Positions 31,224 to 42,512 are shown, counted from the stretch's first letter. The stretch: 64,000 nt of DNA from Bdellovibrionales bacterium (GCA_965203275.1 OZ241865.1:1120001-1184000), one strand, 5' to 3'. Notes: generated by a model not told the origin, from the letters alone. Program-made: numbers and translations.

Positions 31224-32942
31224 ATGAAATATTTTTTATCTTTACTTTTGATTATCTTTTTGATTCACGGGGCATATCCCATCAATGCATTAGCACAGTC
31301 AGACGAAAGTTGGGAAACTCAACAAATACAACGAAGTTCTCAATCTCAACAAAATTTACCAAGTGGAACATTCACCTTACCTAATAACGTTTCAAGTGAT
31401 GTGTTTGTCAAAGACCTCATGGATCAAGGCTTGCTCAATCCTATCAATGATGCTTCTTCTATTAACTTATTTCAATCCATTTGTTCTTCTGTGCATATTT
31501 CCTCTTTAAATCAAAATCTCAACACATTTTGTGAGATCATCGTTGCTTCAGAAATTTGCCAAGCTATAGAGGATAAAGATGATCTTTTGCAATGCAATGA
31601 TTTTTCAAGATCAAAGAGTTTAAATCCTATTGAGTTTTTGGCTGGTTGTACAGAAGGTCTTTTTGATTCTTTAAGAGAAATCTTATCTTTCGTGTGGGAG
31701 ATAATTAAAGTTATTGGGAAGACTTTTTTAAGCCCTATTGACACAGCTACTCAAGCAGTACGTCAACAAGCTGAATATCTTAATTCAGTCAAATTATACC
31801 TTCAAACTGAATATGATAGAGCTTATCAAGAAGCTAATTTCCCTAAAGGATACAATGCAATGAAAGAGGTAGCTTCTGGTGTAGCTTTAATGCTTATAAA
31901 AACCCTTTCAGATGCTCTTTATCAAGGTTATCAACAGTTTGGATGCTTAAATGCTAAAGCGAGGACAGATGCTATTTGCAAAGTTGCCGGAGAGCTTTTT
32001 ATTCCACCTGCTGTAGCCATTAATTTATTTAAAGTAGGTATCAGAGGTATTCGAACGGTTGATAAATTGGATACCTTTATCAGTAATCAAAAAAGAAGAT
32101 TACGTCCAACTAATGATTTAATTTCAAGACAACGATCTGCTGAGACTATATTAGAAAGACCACTAAGCCCTAGAGAAGCTAGAGCTGTACAGGCAGCTCA
32201 TGAAATAGGAGAAGGTCAGTTAGGTAGAGATGGCACACTAGCCGGTATTGGAAATTATACAGATCAACAATTAAGAGATAAAGCAAGAATTTTAAGAGAA
32301 GCTGGCTTTTCAAGAGATGAACGTCGCAGATTAATTGAAAGTGGCGTCGTCGGTGGCAAGAACGCCAAACAGGTAGAGCAGACACAGTGGATAGAGATGA
32401 TGATGCTTGAAGAATTCTCATATTTGGAACCATCACAACAAAAAAAACTTAAAGAAATTCTACATAACTCGATTTCCATAGAAAAGGGAGAGGCTCCCAG
32501 CTTAAGAGAAAAAATGGAAAGGAGTAACATGTTTTCAGATAATGAACAGAGAAATGACATAATAAAGAAAATAAATGAATCTTTGTCAAATCGAACGGAT
32601 GTGATACGAGCTAGAATTGCAAATACATTTGCAGAACATTCTAATAGAGTTCAAAGCTTAATAACAAGAATAAAAGCAAACAAGTCAATTAGTACTCAAT
32701 TTGAAGATTTTATGAACCTTTTATTATTAGAGAATCCAACAACTTATAGGAGTGCATTAGGTGAAAACTATCGTGGACAATTAAAAGGCACAACTGAATC
32801 TATACATCATTATCACTTTAAACCAAAAAACAAATTTTATACAATTTGCTGGATCTACAGCAACGGAGGAGAGGTAAAAATAACAAATATTATCGAGGGT
32901 CATCTCAGAAACAGAAATTATATATCTAGATGTCGACCATGA
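31224..32942 (+). CDS. Secreted multidomain protein with a possible C-terminal RelE-like toxin domain
   Basis: Signal peptide; Cys-containing helical region; AHEIG..GNYT..QLRDKARIL..AGFS module; C-terminal HHYHFK..FYTICW..EVKI..GH. Confidence 0.6.
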   Translation: MKYFLSLLLIIFLIHGAYPINALAQSDESWETQQIQRSSQSQQNLPSGTFTLPNNVSSDVFVKDLMDQGLLNPINDASSINLFQSICSSVHISSLNQNLNTFCEIIVASEICQAIEDKDDLLQCNDFSRSKSLNPIEFLAGCTEGLFDSLREILSFVWEIIKVIGKTFLSPIDTATQAVRQQAEYLNSVKLYLQTEYDRAYQEANFPKGYNAMKEVASGVALMLIKTLSDALYQGYQQFGCLNAKARTDAICKVAGELFIPPAVAINLFKVGIRGIRTVDKLDTFISNQKRRLRPTNDLISRQRSAETILERPLSPREARAVQAAHEIGEGQLGRDGTLAGIGNYTDQQLRDKARILREAGFSRDERRRLIESGVVGGKNAKQVEQTQWIEMMMLEEFSYLEPSQQKKLKEILHNSISIEKGEAPSLREKMERSNMFSDNEQRNDIIKKINESLSNRTDVIRARIANTFAEHSNRVQSLITRIKANKSISTQFEDFMNLLLLENPTTYRSALGENYRGQLKGTTESIHHYHFKPKNKFYTICWIYSNGGEVKITNIIEGHLRNRNYISRCRP

Positions 32943-33050
32943 GCTTCAACTCTATAAACCCTAAAATTTTTACATAGTATACAGATTCTTCTTTCAATTA
33001 TGGTTCATATATGTTAATAAGTATCATAATTAAATTAAAGGAGGATATTT

Positions 33051-34490
33051 ATGCAACAAATGAAATGGATTTTTATTGTGTTTATACTGTGGATAGGACA
33101 GCAAGCCATAGCACAGATGTCAGTCAAAAATCAAGCACAGAACCTAATTAATCCTTTTGAAGGATTGCCTTCAGCACAAGCCATATATTCTTATTTAAAA
33201 AATGGGGGTCATATCAATAAGAGGGGTTACAATGATGAGTCCTTTCTCCATGTAGCTGCTTATCTCAATGATATTCCATTGGCTACTTTTCTCTTAGAGC
33301 ATAGGCGAAGTGCTGATCTTGTAGATAAAGATGGATGGACACCCTTACATGTAGCTGCTTATATGAACCATCAAGATTTTGCAGATTTCTTATTACAACA
33401 TGGAGCTAACATCAATGAAAAAGACTTTGTAGGACAAACTCCCCTCCATGTAGCCACTTATAGAGAACATGCTGATTTTGTAGCCTTTTTAATACAACAA
33501 AATGCTTCTGTAAATGAAGTGGATAAAATGGATGAAAGTTCACTTTTTTTAGCAGCCAGCACAGGAAATAAAAGCATTGCTCTTATGCTCTTAGATGCAG
33601 GGGCCAATATACATCTTAGAGAAAACATTCACAATTTGACACATCTTCATGCTGCTGTGCGTGGAGGAAATAAAGAAATTGTATCTCTTTTTTTAGAGCG
33701 TGGGGCAGACCCTAATGCTGTAGATCATTTTGGTCGCACTTCTCTTGTTCTTGCCTTATCCACAATGAGGATAGAAATTGCGACTATCCTTGCAAAACAA
33801 GAAAATGTCAATATTCATACACCCGGTATAAACAATATCCGACCCATTGATCTTGCTGCTTTTATAGGTGATATTGATTTGATCTCTACGCTACTAGATC
33901 GCAAAGCTCTTTCTGATCCCTCACTTTTTCAAGCAAGCCAGGGTACATCTTCAAATATGCTATTTCAAGAAGTTATTTTCTCCTCTCTTTCCTGGGCCTT
34001 GTATGGATATAACCCTATAGAGTCATTTTCCTTAATTCAACAAGCTATAAATAACCATAGTTTTTTAGTCCTTGCCAATCAGACTTGGCAATCTTGGATG
34101 AATTGGATTTTATACGAAGGATACGCTGATCTCATCCAAACAAGGGCTATGTATGAAAACATTGAATATCTTACAGATCAAGTCAGAACTATTCATCAAG
34201 AAACAGGTCAAACGTATCTTCACTCTGCTTTATATCGTCGCCCTGATCTCTTATTTATAGAACATGAATTGAAAGATCCAAAAGAACAAATTAATTTTTT
34301 GATGGAAGCAGGATTTGATATAAGATTTATAGATAATGACAGTCGCACTCCCTTCCATTGGGCTTTGTATGGAGCAGATCCAGAACTAAGAAGCTTTTTT
34401 AAAGAAAAATATTATGATCCCATAATAGAATCCATTATCTCTAAAGAAAAAGCTCAAATGAAAAATACTTGTGAGAATGCTCTTTCATAA
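33051..34490 (+). CDS. Secreted ankyrin-repeat protein
   Basis: Signal peptide (QQAIA) and about eight ankyrin repeats (GWTPLHVAA, GQTPLHVA); RBS AAGGAGG. Confidence 0.92.
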   Translation: MQQMKWIFIVFILWIGQQAIAQMSVKNQAQNLINPFEGLPSAQAIYSYLKNGGHINKRGYNDESFLHVAAYLNDIPLATFLLEHRRSADLVDKDGWTPLHVAAYMNHQDFADFLLQHGANINEKDFVGQTPLHVATYREHADFVAFLIQQNASVNEVDKMDESSLFLAASTGNKSIALMLLDAGANIHLRENIHNLTHLHAAVRGGNKEIVSLFLERGADPNAVDHFGRTSLVLALSTMRIEIATILAKQENVNIHTPGINNIRPIDLAAFIGDIDLISTLLDRKALSDPSLFQASQGTSSNMLFQEVIFSSLSWALYGYNPIESFSLIQQAINNHSFLVLANQTWQSWMNWILYEGYADLIQTRAMYENIEYLTDQVRTIHQETGQTYLHSALYRRPDLLFIEHELKDPKEQINFLMEAGFDIRFIDNDSRTPFHWALYGADPELRSFFKEKYYDPIIESIISKEKAQMKNTCENALS

Positions 34491-34500
34491 TGAAGATAGA

Positions 34501-34528
34501 CAAAGGGTTAAGTAGCCCTTGTTTTTTA
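34501..34528 (+). terminator. Intrinsic terminator
   Basis: AAGGGTTA-AG-TAGCCCTT followed by GTTTTTT. Confidence 0.5.
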
Positions 34529-34688
34529 CTCTTAAGAATGTGAAATATAAAAGCAAAAAACTTACAAATAGAAGGATTTAATTGTTCATGCGAAAAGGAC
34601 AACATAACTTACAAACTTTCTTCATTTCTGCTGTCTGTCTGATCAGATGCTTAAGATTCCCACTAGATGCTTCAGATGCCCATCTAAG

Positions 34689-37670
34689 TTAATGAACTGA
34701 CTTTAACTGATTTAAAATCAAAGGGACTTGATCCATTATAAAAGTCTTCATATTATCAAAAGAAGCCTTCACATCATTGACTTGGGTTTGTGTAAAGATA
34801 TTTTTCCCTTGTAGTGCATTAAGGTAAGTTGAGGCTTCTTCATGCAATCCTTCTACATAAAGCTCCTTAATTAAAATACTATGGACAGAATTATCAAAGT
34901 TATCTACTAAGTGTAAGGCTAACTGTTCTAGGAAAGCTTGATCTGTTGAGATAAAGCCTAAACGTCTTAAATTAGAATAACTTATAATAGCCTCTCTAGG
35001 ACTGCTAGTCCCTTGTTGATATTGGTTATAATAATTAATGAGATTTGTATACCAAGGACAGAAAGGTTCACGGATAGTTGCTTGATGACAATTTGTTCCG
35101 TCTGTTTCTCTTTCTGTTATAAACTTTAAAGCATCTTCTTTGGTCGATGCATTGTAAAAATGTCGAGTGATGAGGGAATGATTGATGATATCGTACACAG
35201 AAACACTTTCATCTAAAAAGAAACTCCTATCTGCACCAAAAGTCAGCTTAGGATGTTCTAGCGTATGATAACCTAAACTATTTGTGCTACCTAAATGAAG
35301 GCTTGTCATTTCATTTGTCAACTCTAAAGCCTTCACACTCAACAAATGGCCTATCCCCACAACTTGATTAACCTTTGAGACAAAAGGTTCTGAAAACCTT
35401 CTTTGCAGTACATCCGAAGGATTCCCTAAATTATCAAACTCTGACTTTTTAGCTATAATGACTAAGTCACTCCCCACCACATAAGTTTTTACATGTGGGA
35501 AAACAGCAGATAAATTATTAAAGATCATCTTCACAAGATCTAAGTTCATAGAATAAGTATGAAACCACTGAGCTAGGACTCCATCAGAGCTTAACTTGCG
35601 AGAGAGTAACTCATAAAACTCTAAAGCAAATAAATTTTCAACCCCAACAACCCAAGGGTTACTAGCTTCTGATGCAATAAAATCATAAGTTGTTTTAGAA
35701 TGAGTTAAAAATTTAAAAGCGTCGCTTTCTATCACTTGGATTTTAGGATTTTGACTCACATGAAAATTCACTGGATCAAAAATAGGATGTCTCCTCACAA
35801 GTACATTAGAAATTTCTATGGCTTCAACACTTTCCACATCTTCAAAACGACCTATACTACCTGCGGTAATCCCTGTTCCAAATCCAATCACAGCTGTCTT
35901 AAGTGACCTTGAAGTAGATGCATGTAGATAAGGCAAAAGAGCTGTAGCATAAACTGTTGGAAAGTCACCCCAAGAACTGCCATCAGACTTGCCATTAACA
36001 ATAATAGACATAATTTCATAATTAGGACCCGGTACGACATAGGATTCAAATGTGGTTGGGAAATTACGATCTCTTCCCTTTAAAACAGCAATAGTTGAAT
36101 TAGGACCATCTTCTATAAAAATAGGGTTACCTGCGTATGACTTTGGTAAAAAGAAAGACTTAAAATGATAAGATTGCATTTCTTGATTTCTAAAAAGTCC
36201 AACATAATGATGGCGACGATTCCATTCTGGTGTCAAAAACATAAATCCTAAGTAAAACAAAACAAATATCGAAACAAATACCTTGAGTTTATAATGTTTG
36301 AAACTCCAAAAATCTTGCATGACCTCTTTTGTACAGCTTAAAACCACTCCCATTATTAAAAGTGTCAAAATACAAAGTCGAAAAACATCTTCTATATCTA
36401 TAGAGGCAAAATACAAAAAACCATATCCTAAAAAAATAGCACCAACCAGAGAACCTATCGTATTAAAAAAATATAAATAACCACAAACCCTGCCATAATT
36501 CTTTTGATTTTTGTTGATAGTACAGTAGACCAGTGGCAGAAGACTCCCTAAAAAATAAAAAGAAGGGATTAAAACAATGCCTAAAATCACAAAAGTTAAA
36601 CCCAAAAAGACAAATTGGGTCAGTGGCACTGTGACAAGGCTCACACGCAAATGATTAATAATAGAAGGTAAATAAGGAACTAAAACAAAGAAAACAGCAA
36701 AGCCAATGCAACCTAAGAGAAGCCTGTTTAAAATAGCCATAAAGTGATTATAATGTTTATTCTTTAAATGTGTTGTGTTATTGACATGCCTGACAATAAA
36801 TAAACTTCCTAGTCCAATGCCTAAAACCACAAGGCCCAATACAGTAGGGAAAACATAAACATTAAATCCTATTGTTAAGGCCAATATACGGACCAACAGA
36901 ATTTCCAATCCTATTGTGACAGCACCTATCACAAAAACAAGTCCATAACATAACAGATTGTTCATATAATTTTGATCTTTTGATGAACTGATCTCTTGTT
37001 TTGCTTGTTTTACCTCACGCTCTCTGTGGGACTTAACAATCAGCTTGCCTTGTAGAGGGTTTACAATATAAATAATGCTCACAATAAAATTCAATCCTCC
37101 CATTACAAAAAGGCTATAGGGCAATCCTAGCCAAGGAATCAACAAATATCCCCCTAACAGACATCCTATAAAAGCCCCGACTGTGTTGACCCCATAAATG
37201 GTAGCATGGTAGGAATCAATCTCTTTTGTTTTGTGTTTATTTTTAGCCTCTGGGAAAACCATTGTCATCAGAGGAATAGTGGCTCCCATTAAAATTGTTG
37301 GTAACAAAATAGCAATAACAACAATAAAAGTGTCAAAAATAAAAGATAAAGGGCCATTAAAGCTTAACTTTTGCAGAAGAACAAAATATGTAGGAAAACA
37401 TACAACGTAAGCAGATGTAGCAAATTCCACCCATCCATAAAATTTCAGTAATCCCCTCCGTGTGGAAATAAGCTCTTCTTTCTCATTGGTTAAATAACCA
37501 AATAAGGCATAGCCTAGACTTAAGCCTAAAAGAAAGATAGCTACTACAAGGGTTGCTGACTTAGCTTCACTACCTACTAGGATCGCAAGATACCTCTGCC
37601 AAACCATTTGATAAACCAGGCTGACCATGCCTGTAGTCAAAATACAAAATAGTAAAAGCTTTTTATACAT
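34689..37670 (-). CDS. Fused multi-TM / spermidine synthase-like SAM-dependent protein
   Basis: LVYQMVWQR..., PTILMGATIP and YGVNTVGA membrane region; VNGKSDG, VIGFGTGITAG and SEASNPW catalytic region. Confidence 0.85.
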   Translation of the reverse strand: MYKKLLLFCILTTGMVSLVYQMVWQRYLAILVGSEAKSATLVVAIFLLGLSLGYALFGYLTNEKEELISTRRGLLKFYGWVEFATSAYVVCFPTYFVLLQKLSFNGPLSFIFDTFIVVIAILLPTILMGATIPLMTMVFPEAKNKHKTKEIDSYHATIYGVNTVGAFIGCLLGGYLLIPWLGLPYSLFVMGGLNFIVSIIYIVNPLQGKLIVKSHREREVKQAKQEISSSKDQNYMNNLLCYGLVFVIGAVTIGLEILLVRILALTIGFNVYVFPTVLGLVVLGIGLGSLFIVRHVNNTTHLKNKHYNHFMAILNRLLLGCIGFAVFFVLVPYLPSIINHLRVSLVTVPLTQFVFLGLTFVILGIVLIPSFYFLGSLLPLVYCTINKNQKNYGRVCGYLYFFNTIGSLVGAIFLGYGFLYFASIDIEDVFRLCILTLLIMGVVLSCTKEVMQDFWSFKHYKLKVFVSIFVLFYLGFMFLTPEWNRRHHYVGLFRNQEMQSYHFKSFFLPKSYAGNPIFIEDGPNSTIAVLKGRDRNFPTTFESYVVPGPNYEIMSIIVNGKSDGSSWGDFPTVYATALLPYLHASTSRSLKTAVIGFGTGITAGSIGRFEDVESVEAIEISNVLVRRHPIFDPVNFHVSQNPKIQVIESDAFKFLTHSKTTYDFIASEASNPWVVGVENLFALEFYELLSRKLSSDGVLAQWFHTYSMNLDLVKMIFNNLSAVFPHVKTYVVGSDLVIIAKKSEFDNLGNPSDVLQRRFSEPFVSKVNQVVGIGHLLSVKALELTNEMTSLHLGSTNSLGYHTLEHPKLTFGADRSFFLDESVSVYDIINHSLITRHFYNASTKEDALKFITERETDGTNCHQATIREPFCPWYTNLINYYNQYQQGTSSPREAIISYSNLRRLGFISTDQAFLEQLALHLVDNFDNSVHSILIKELYVEGLHEEASTYLNALQGKNIFTQTQVNDVKASFDNMKTFIMDQVPLILNQLKSVH

Positions 37671-38094
37671 AGAAAAGTTCCTTTTTGTTTGGATGCTTTA
37701 TTTTTTGAAGGTTTAAACTCTACAAAATGACAGATCATTATAGACATAAACTTTATAATAATGCTTTTAGTGAATATTGAAAGCTTTGTATAGCTTTAAC
37801 GCAGCATGTCTTTTTTTTAATCATAATCATTATCATTAAAGAATAATTTACATTGAAACTTGTTATTTCAACATAAGCTCTAAAGTTCAGTGACCTTGAC
37901 TGCATATTTCAACATGCAATAAAATGATCTACAATAAAAAAGAATAAAAATAAAGTGTTGTATGGCAAGCCTTTAATCGATCTTCTTTAAATTGTGTTTT
38001 TAGTTTTTTGAAACTTTCTTGATTTGAAGATATGGAGTGAGAGATGATCAATTCAGGGATAATTAATTTTGAGTAAAGCTTATAGGACCTTGTA

Positions 38095-40059
38095 ATGATG
38101 AGATATTTAAAAAAATTATATTATGTTCTATTTCTGTATCTAATGGCTTGTACCACAGCTTCTATGGATTCCAAAGTAGACTCTGTACAAGGCCAGCAAT
38201 TACTTCAACAATCCAAACAACTAGAAACTGTCAAAGAGCTTTCTGCACAGGGTAAGATTCAACAGGCTATCACTTTATTAAAAAGCTTAATAAAAGAGAA
38301 AAAAACAAGTGATGCTTATTTTTTACTTGGAAATCTTTATTACCAACAAAAAAAGTATAAAAATGCTTATACCAATTTCATGCTTGTTCTACCTCGGAGT
38401 AGGCATAGCACTCAAGCCAAAGTACAAGCAGCTTATAGTTTATCTCATTTAGGGATGGACAGTAAAAAAAAAGCCTATTGGATGCTAGAGCAAATATTGA
38501 AAACTTCCAGACTGCCTCATAAAGAAAAAGTTCGCATTTACAAACTTAAAAGTTTTTTATTGCAACATGTTAAACATGATCCTCTTGAGCAAATTAAAAC
38601 TTACGTTCACCTTTATCATTTATCTAAAAATCCCACCATGAAAGAAAGCTATCAATCTCGTGGAGTTTCACTTATAGAATCTAACTTGCTAGATGAAGAT
38701 CAACTTCAATATATTATTCAAAACAAATCATTAAGAATATTGAGAGCTGTGGCATTTTTCCATTTAGGGTCTTTGTATTTTCAACAAGGTGCATTGCAAA
38801 AGGCTTCAGGTTATTTAAAGAGAACATTAAAAACAAAATTAGACGAACAGTACAAGCAAAAGGCAAAGCAAATATTGACACAAATAGAGTCTTTAAGTCA
38901 AGTCAATCCCAACACAATAGGAGCTATACTCCCTTTAAGTGGTGAGGATGCTGTTTTTGGTTATAAGGCTTTAAGAGGCTTACAATTAGCACTTGGTATT
39001 TACAATGCTCAAACACAAAAGCCAAGTGATATGCAGCTAGCCGTGATAGATAGCAGGAGCGATCCTCTTATTGCTCAAAAGGCAGTCCAGAGACTTGTTG
39101 TCGAAGATCATGTAATAGCTATTGTGGGAAGTTTAATGAGTAAAACCTCCGATGCTGTGGCTACACATGCTCAGAAATTATCAGTACCTAATATTTCTCT
39201 TTCTCAAAAAAATGATATCACCCAAATAGGAAATTATGTTTTTCAAAATGCTCTGACAGGTCAAATGCAAATAGAGTTTTTAGTTGAAACAGCTATGCAT
39301 AAAAAAGGTCTGAGACGATTTGCTGTCTTGTACCCTAATGATCAATATGGTGTTGAATACACACAGCTTTTTTGGAATGCCGTTGCAACAAAGGGGGGTC
39401 AAGTTGTAGCTGCTCAGACTTATATGAAAGATGAGACGGACTTTAGAGAACAAGTCCAACGTATGGTAGGTACTTTTTATATAGAAGATCGCAAAGACGA
39501 ATTTAAAGAGAAACTAAAAGAATGGAAGGATGCTCATCCTAATAATCGCAGAGGTCCTCCTAATAATTTATTAGAACCTCTGGTCTTTTTTGATGCTTTA
39601 TTCATTCCTGATGGTATTAAAGTTTTAGGTCAAGTAGCTCCTATGTTAGCTTATAATGGTATAGAAGATATGACCTTATTGGGAAGTAATTTATGGAATA
39701 CTCCTTTGTTATCTAGGAGGGCTGGACAATTTTTAAAAGAGCCTCTTTTTATAGATAGTTTTTCTATGTCAGATGACGCTTTTGTTCAATCACAGTTTTA
39801 TAAAGATTATATTCAAATATTTAAACAAAAGCCACATATTCTTGAACTGCAAGCTTTTGAAGCAGGTTTAATACTAAGAAAAGCTATTCAAGAAGGTATA
39901 AAAAGTCGTAAAGAGTTACAACAAAAAATGTTACACATCAATTTGAGAGGTGTTTTAGGGGACTTAAAAATGACAGAAAGCAGACAGGTCAAAAGGCCTA
40001 TGGTAGCTCTCACTTATGATTCTCAATCGCGTCAGATCTCTACATTGTTCCAAAATTAA
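38095..40059 (+). CDS. Lipoprotein with TPR and periplasmic-binding domain (penicillin-binding protein activator LpoA-like)
   Basis: Lipobox LMAC, TPR repeats, IGAILPLSG and FDALFIPD. Confidence 0.8.
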   Translation: MMRYLKKLYYVLFLYLMACTTASMDSKVDSVQGQQLLQQSKQLETVKELSAQGKIQQAITLLKSLIKEKKTSDAYFLLGNLYYQQKKYKNAYTNFMLVLPRSRHSTQAKVQAAYSLSHLGMDSKKKAYWMLEQILKTSRLPHKEKVRIYKLKSFLLQHVKHDPLEQIKTYVHLYHLSKNPTMKESYQSRGVSLIESNLLDEDQLQYIIQNKSLRILRAVAFFHLGSLYFQQGALQKASGYLKRTLKTKLDEQYKQKAKQILTQIESLSQVNPNTIGAILPLSGEDAVFGYKALRGLQLALGIYNAQTQKPSDMQLAVIDSRSDPLIAQKAVQRLVVEDHVIAIVGSLMSKTSDAVATHAQKLSVPNISLSQKNDITQIGNYVFQNALTGQMQIEFLVETAMHKKGLRRFAVLYPNDQYGVEYTQLFWNAVATKGGQVVAAQTYMKDETDFREQVQRMVGTFYIEDRKDEFKEKLKEWKDAHPNNRRGPPNNLLEPLVFFDALFIPDGIKVLGQVAPMLAYNGIEDMTLLGSNLWNTPLLSRRAGQFLKEPLFIDSFSMSDDAFVQSQFYKDYIQIFKQKPHILELQAFEAGLILRKAIQEGIKSRKELQQKMLHINLRGVLGDLKMTESRQVKRPMVALTYDSQSRQISTLFQN

Positions 40060-40069
40060 AGTAAATAAG

Positions 40070-40188
40070 TGCTGGCATCGTGCTACTTTCCCACAACGAG
40101 GTCGTTGTAGTATCATCGCCGCTGGTGGACTTAACTTCTGAGTTCGAAAAGGGATCAGGTGTACCCCCACCGCTATAAAAACCAGCAA
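40070..40188 (-). rRNA. rrf: 5S rRNA (stand-alone)
   Basis: Minus strand GCTGGTTTTTATAGCGGTGGGGGTACACCTGATCCCTTTTCGAACTCAGAAGTTAAG...GGGAAAGTAGCACGATGCCAGC, with complementary ends. Confidence 0.95.
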
Positions 40189-40193
40189 GAATC

Positions 40194-40222
40194 AAGTTAC
40201 GATTATTAAGCCTTTCTGTCAA
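40194..40222 (-). promoter_or_regulatory. Sigma70 promoter of the 5S rRNA
   Basis: TTGACA-17 nt-TAACTT, ending ~6 nt before the 5S 5' end. Confidence 0.6.
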
Positions 40223-40459
40223 TAGACTTTATATATTTTTATGTTTTCTTTTTTTTAACTTAGAGAAATTAGAATATCTTATAATTTTGAAATGCTTTAA
40301 AAACTAGAAACTAAAAATAAGAAAGAGCCAATTGACTTTGATGCGAGATAGTTTATGGTGGGCTTAATACTTTGATTTTATTGATATTTATTAAAGAGCT
40401 ATGTGGTTGACTTTAACAGTTTTAAAATATAAACTTAATAATAATAGGAGATGAATTTT

Positions 40460-41809
40460 ATGCAAGTCAATCGTGTCACTTCACCAGTAAATGCCTATCA
40501 AGGGGTTTATATCTCAACTTACGGCTGTCAGATGAATGTCAATGATACGGAGCGTATGTATGCGATCCTAGAGATGCAAAATTATATGCGTGTACCATCT
40601 CCTCATATAGCTGATTTGATCATTATTAATTCTTGTAGCGTTCGAGAAAAACCTGTTCATAAGGTTCATAGTGAAGTGGGTCGTTATAAACACCTTAAAA
40701 AGAAAAACATAAATTTACGTATTGGTGTAGGCGGTTGTGTTGGTCAACAAGAAAAACGCAAATTACTTAAAGATATTCCCTTATTGGACTTTGTATTTGG
40801 ACCTGATAATATTGATGAGCTTCCTCAAATACTTGCTTCTACAAATAATTCTATAAATAAACAGAGAATCAACCATGCAAGATTGTATCCTAAGAAACCT
40901 TACGAAATTCAAACATTGATTCAAAACCCTGGACTGTCTACATTTGTGAACATTACTAAAGGATGTGATAATTTTTGCACTTTTTGTGTCGTACCATTTA
41001 CAAGAGGACGATTGCGTAGCCGACCTCCCCAAGATATTATCCAAGATATTAACTCTCTCACTCAAAGAGGAGTTTTAGAAGTCACTTTGTTAGGGCAGAA
41101 TGTAAATTCATATAAGATAGACTCTCAAATTGGCTTTGCTGAGCTTCTTAAACAAATCTGTCAGCAGACCAACATTCAACGTATCCGCTATACAACAAGC
41201 CATCCTAAAGACTTTGACCTGGAGCTTGTTAAAGTGATGGCTCAATTTCGACCTCGCATTTGTGATTATATTCATTTACCTGTGCAATCTGGAAGTTCAA
41301 CAATACTTGAAAGAATGAACAGAGGCTATACAAGAGAAGACTATCTTAAAAAAGTCAAAATGATTTTAGATCATCTGCCAGGAGTGGCTTTATCTACAGA
41401 CATTATAGTAGGATTCCCCGGAGAAACCAAATCTCAATTTGAAGACACATTAAGCTTATTGAATGAAGTGCCTTTTGAGTCTATCTTTGCTTTCAAATAT
41501 AGTCCTCGGCCTTTTACTAAGGCAGCTCAATACAAAGAGCAGGTACCAGAGGAAGAAAAATCTCAAAGACTTCATCAGCTTTTTGAAAAACATAACAAAA
41601 TAGCCTTTGAGCTTGTTAAACGTTATGAAAATACTTGCGAAAATGTTTTAGTTGAAAGTTTTGAAGAAGAAACCAAAACAGCATCAGGTCGGACGACTCA
41701 AAATAAAATTGTACATTTTAAAGGCCATCGCAGTCTTGTTGGTAAGGCTATTCCTGTAAAGATCCATCAAGCTTTTCCTCAAACCTTTAGAGGTGAAGCT
41801 GTTGCTTAA
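40460..41809 (+). CDS. miaB: tRNA-2-methylthio-N6-dimethylallyladenosine synthase
   Basis: TYGCQMN, NSCSVRE, radical SAM GCDNFCTFC, TDIIVGFPGET and a TRAM domain. Confidence 0.96.
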   Translation: MQVNRVTSPVNAYQGVYISTYGCQMNVNDTERMYAILEMQNYMRVPSPHIADLIIINSCSVREKPVHKVHSEVGRYKHLKKKNINLRIGVGGCVGQQEKRKLLKDIPLLDFVFGPDNIDELPQILASTNNSINKQRINHARLYPKKPYEIQTLIQNPGLSTFVNITKGCDNFCTFCVVPFTRGRLRSRPPQDIIQDINSLTQRGVLEVTLLGQNVNSYKIDSQIGFAELLKQICQQTNIQRIRYTTSHPKDFDLELVKVMAQFRPRICDYIHLPVQSGSSTILERMNRGYTREDYLKKVKMILDHLPGVALSTDIIVGFPGETKSQFEDTLSLLNEVPFESIFAFKYSPRPFTKAAQYKEQVPEEEKSQRLHQLFEKHNKIAFELVKRYENTCENVLVESFEEETKTASGRTTQNKIVHFKGHRSLVGKAIPVKIHQAFPQTFRGEAVA

Positions 41810-41852
41810 GCTCCATAAAATATGCAAAGAGAGTTTCAAGAAAGTCACACTT

Positions 41853-42512
41853 TTATAGCGAAATAAAGGGTAAATGGGTAGACTTTTGAGAAATAGCAAG
41901 GCTGTAATGTTGTGGTACAAACCAAGAAATAGCCTTTAATATCCCTTCATGCTCTGAAACAGGAGGATTACCTAAAGATTCCACAGAGAAACATATATCC
42001 ATATTTTGTTGGTCCTGACCTATCATTAAAAATCGAGGTTGATAAATACCTTGATCAAAAAAAAACTGTTTAAGTATAGACCGCACATATAAAGGTAAAA
42101 ATGCATCACTTGGATGTGCTAAAATAGCCTTTGAATTTGTAGGGTTTTGAAGTATTGGTTCAGAAAAATTCAATTTTGAAGAGCTTTGCGAATGAATAAA
42201 TTGATGAGTTTCTTTAAAATGCCAAATCATCCCATAAGGAAATATATAATCAGGATATTTTTTCTCAGGATGAACCACTAATCCAATGCCTTTTTGTGCA
42301 AGCCAGTTAAGAAGCTTACCAGCTGGTTCTTTGGAGTCCTCCTTTATTTGTATTAAAAAATAAGGCATGCCATCAGATCCTTGTTGGCTTTGATCTGATA
42401 AAAGAGTTAGGCAAGCTTGAGGTAAGAGATTAAAAAAATGCTCTTGCCAATGCTGATCTCTGCCTTCATCTTGAACTTGCAAACAAGTAATGATTTCTCT
42501 TTGTATACTCAT
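41853..42512 (-). CDS. Hypothetical protein
   Basis: ATGA overlap with the mutL stop places the start at 42512. Confidence 0.7.
   Translation of the reverse strand: MSIQREIITCLQVQDEGRDQHWQEHFFNLLPQACLTLLSDQSQQGSDGMPYFLIQIKEDSKEPAGKLLNWLAQKGIGLVVHPEKKYPDYIFPYGMIWHFKETHQFIHSQSSSKLNFSEPILQNPTNSKAILAHPSDAFLPLYVRSILKQFFFDQGIYQPRFLMIGQDQQNMDICFSVESLGNPPVSEHEGILKAISWFVPQHYSLAISQKSTHLPFISL

Noticed and set aside
39964..40222. Two short minus-strand ORFs
   Set aside because: They overlap the 5S rRNA.
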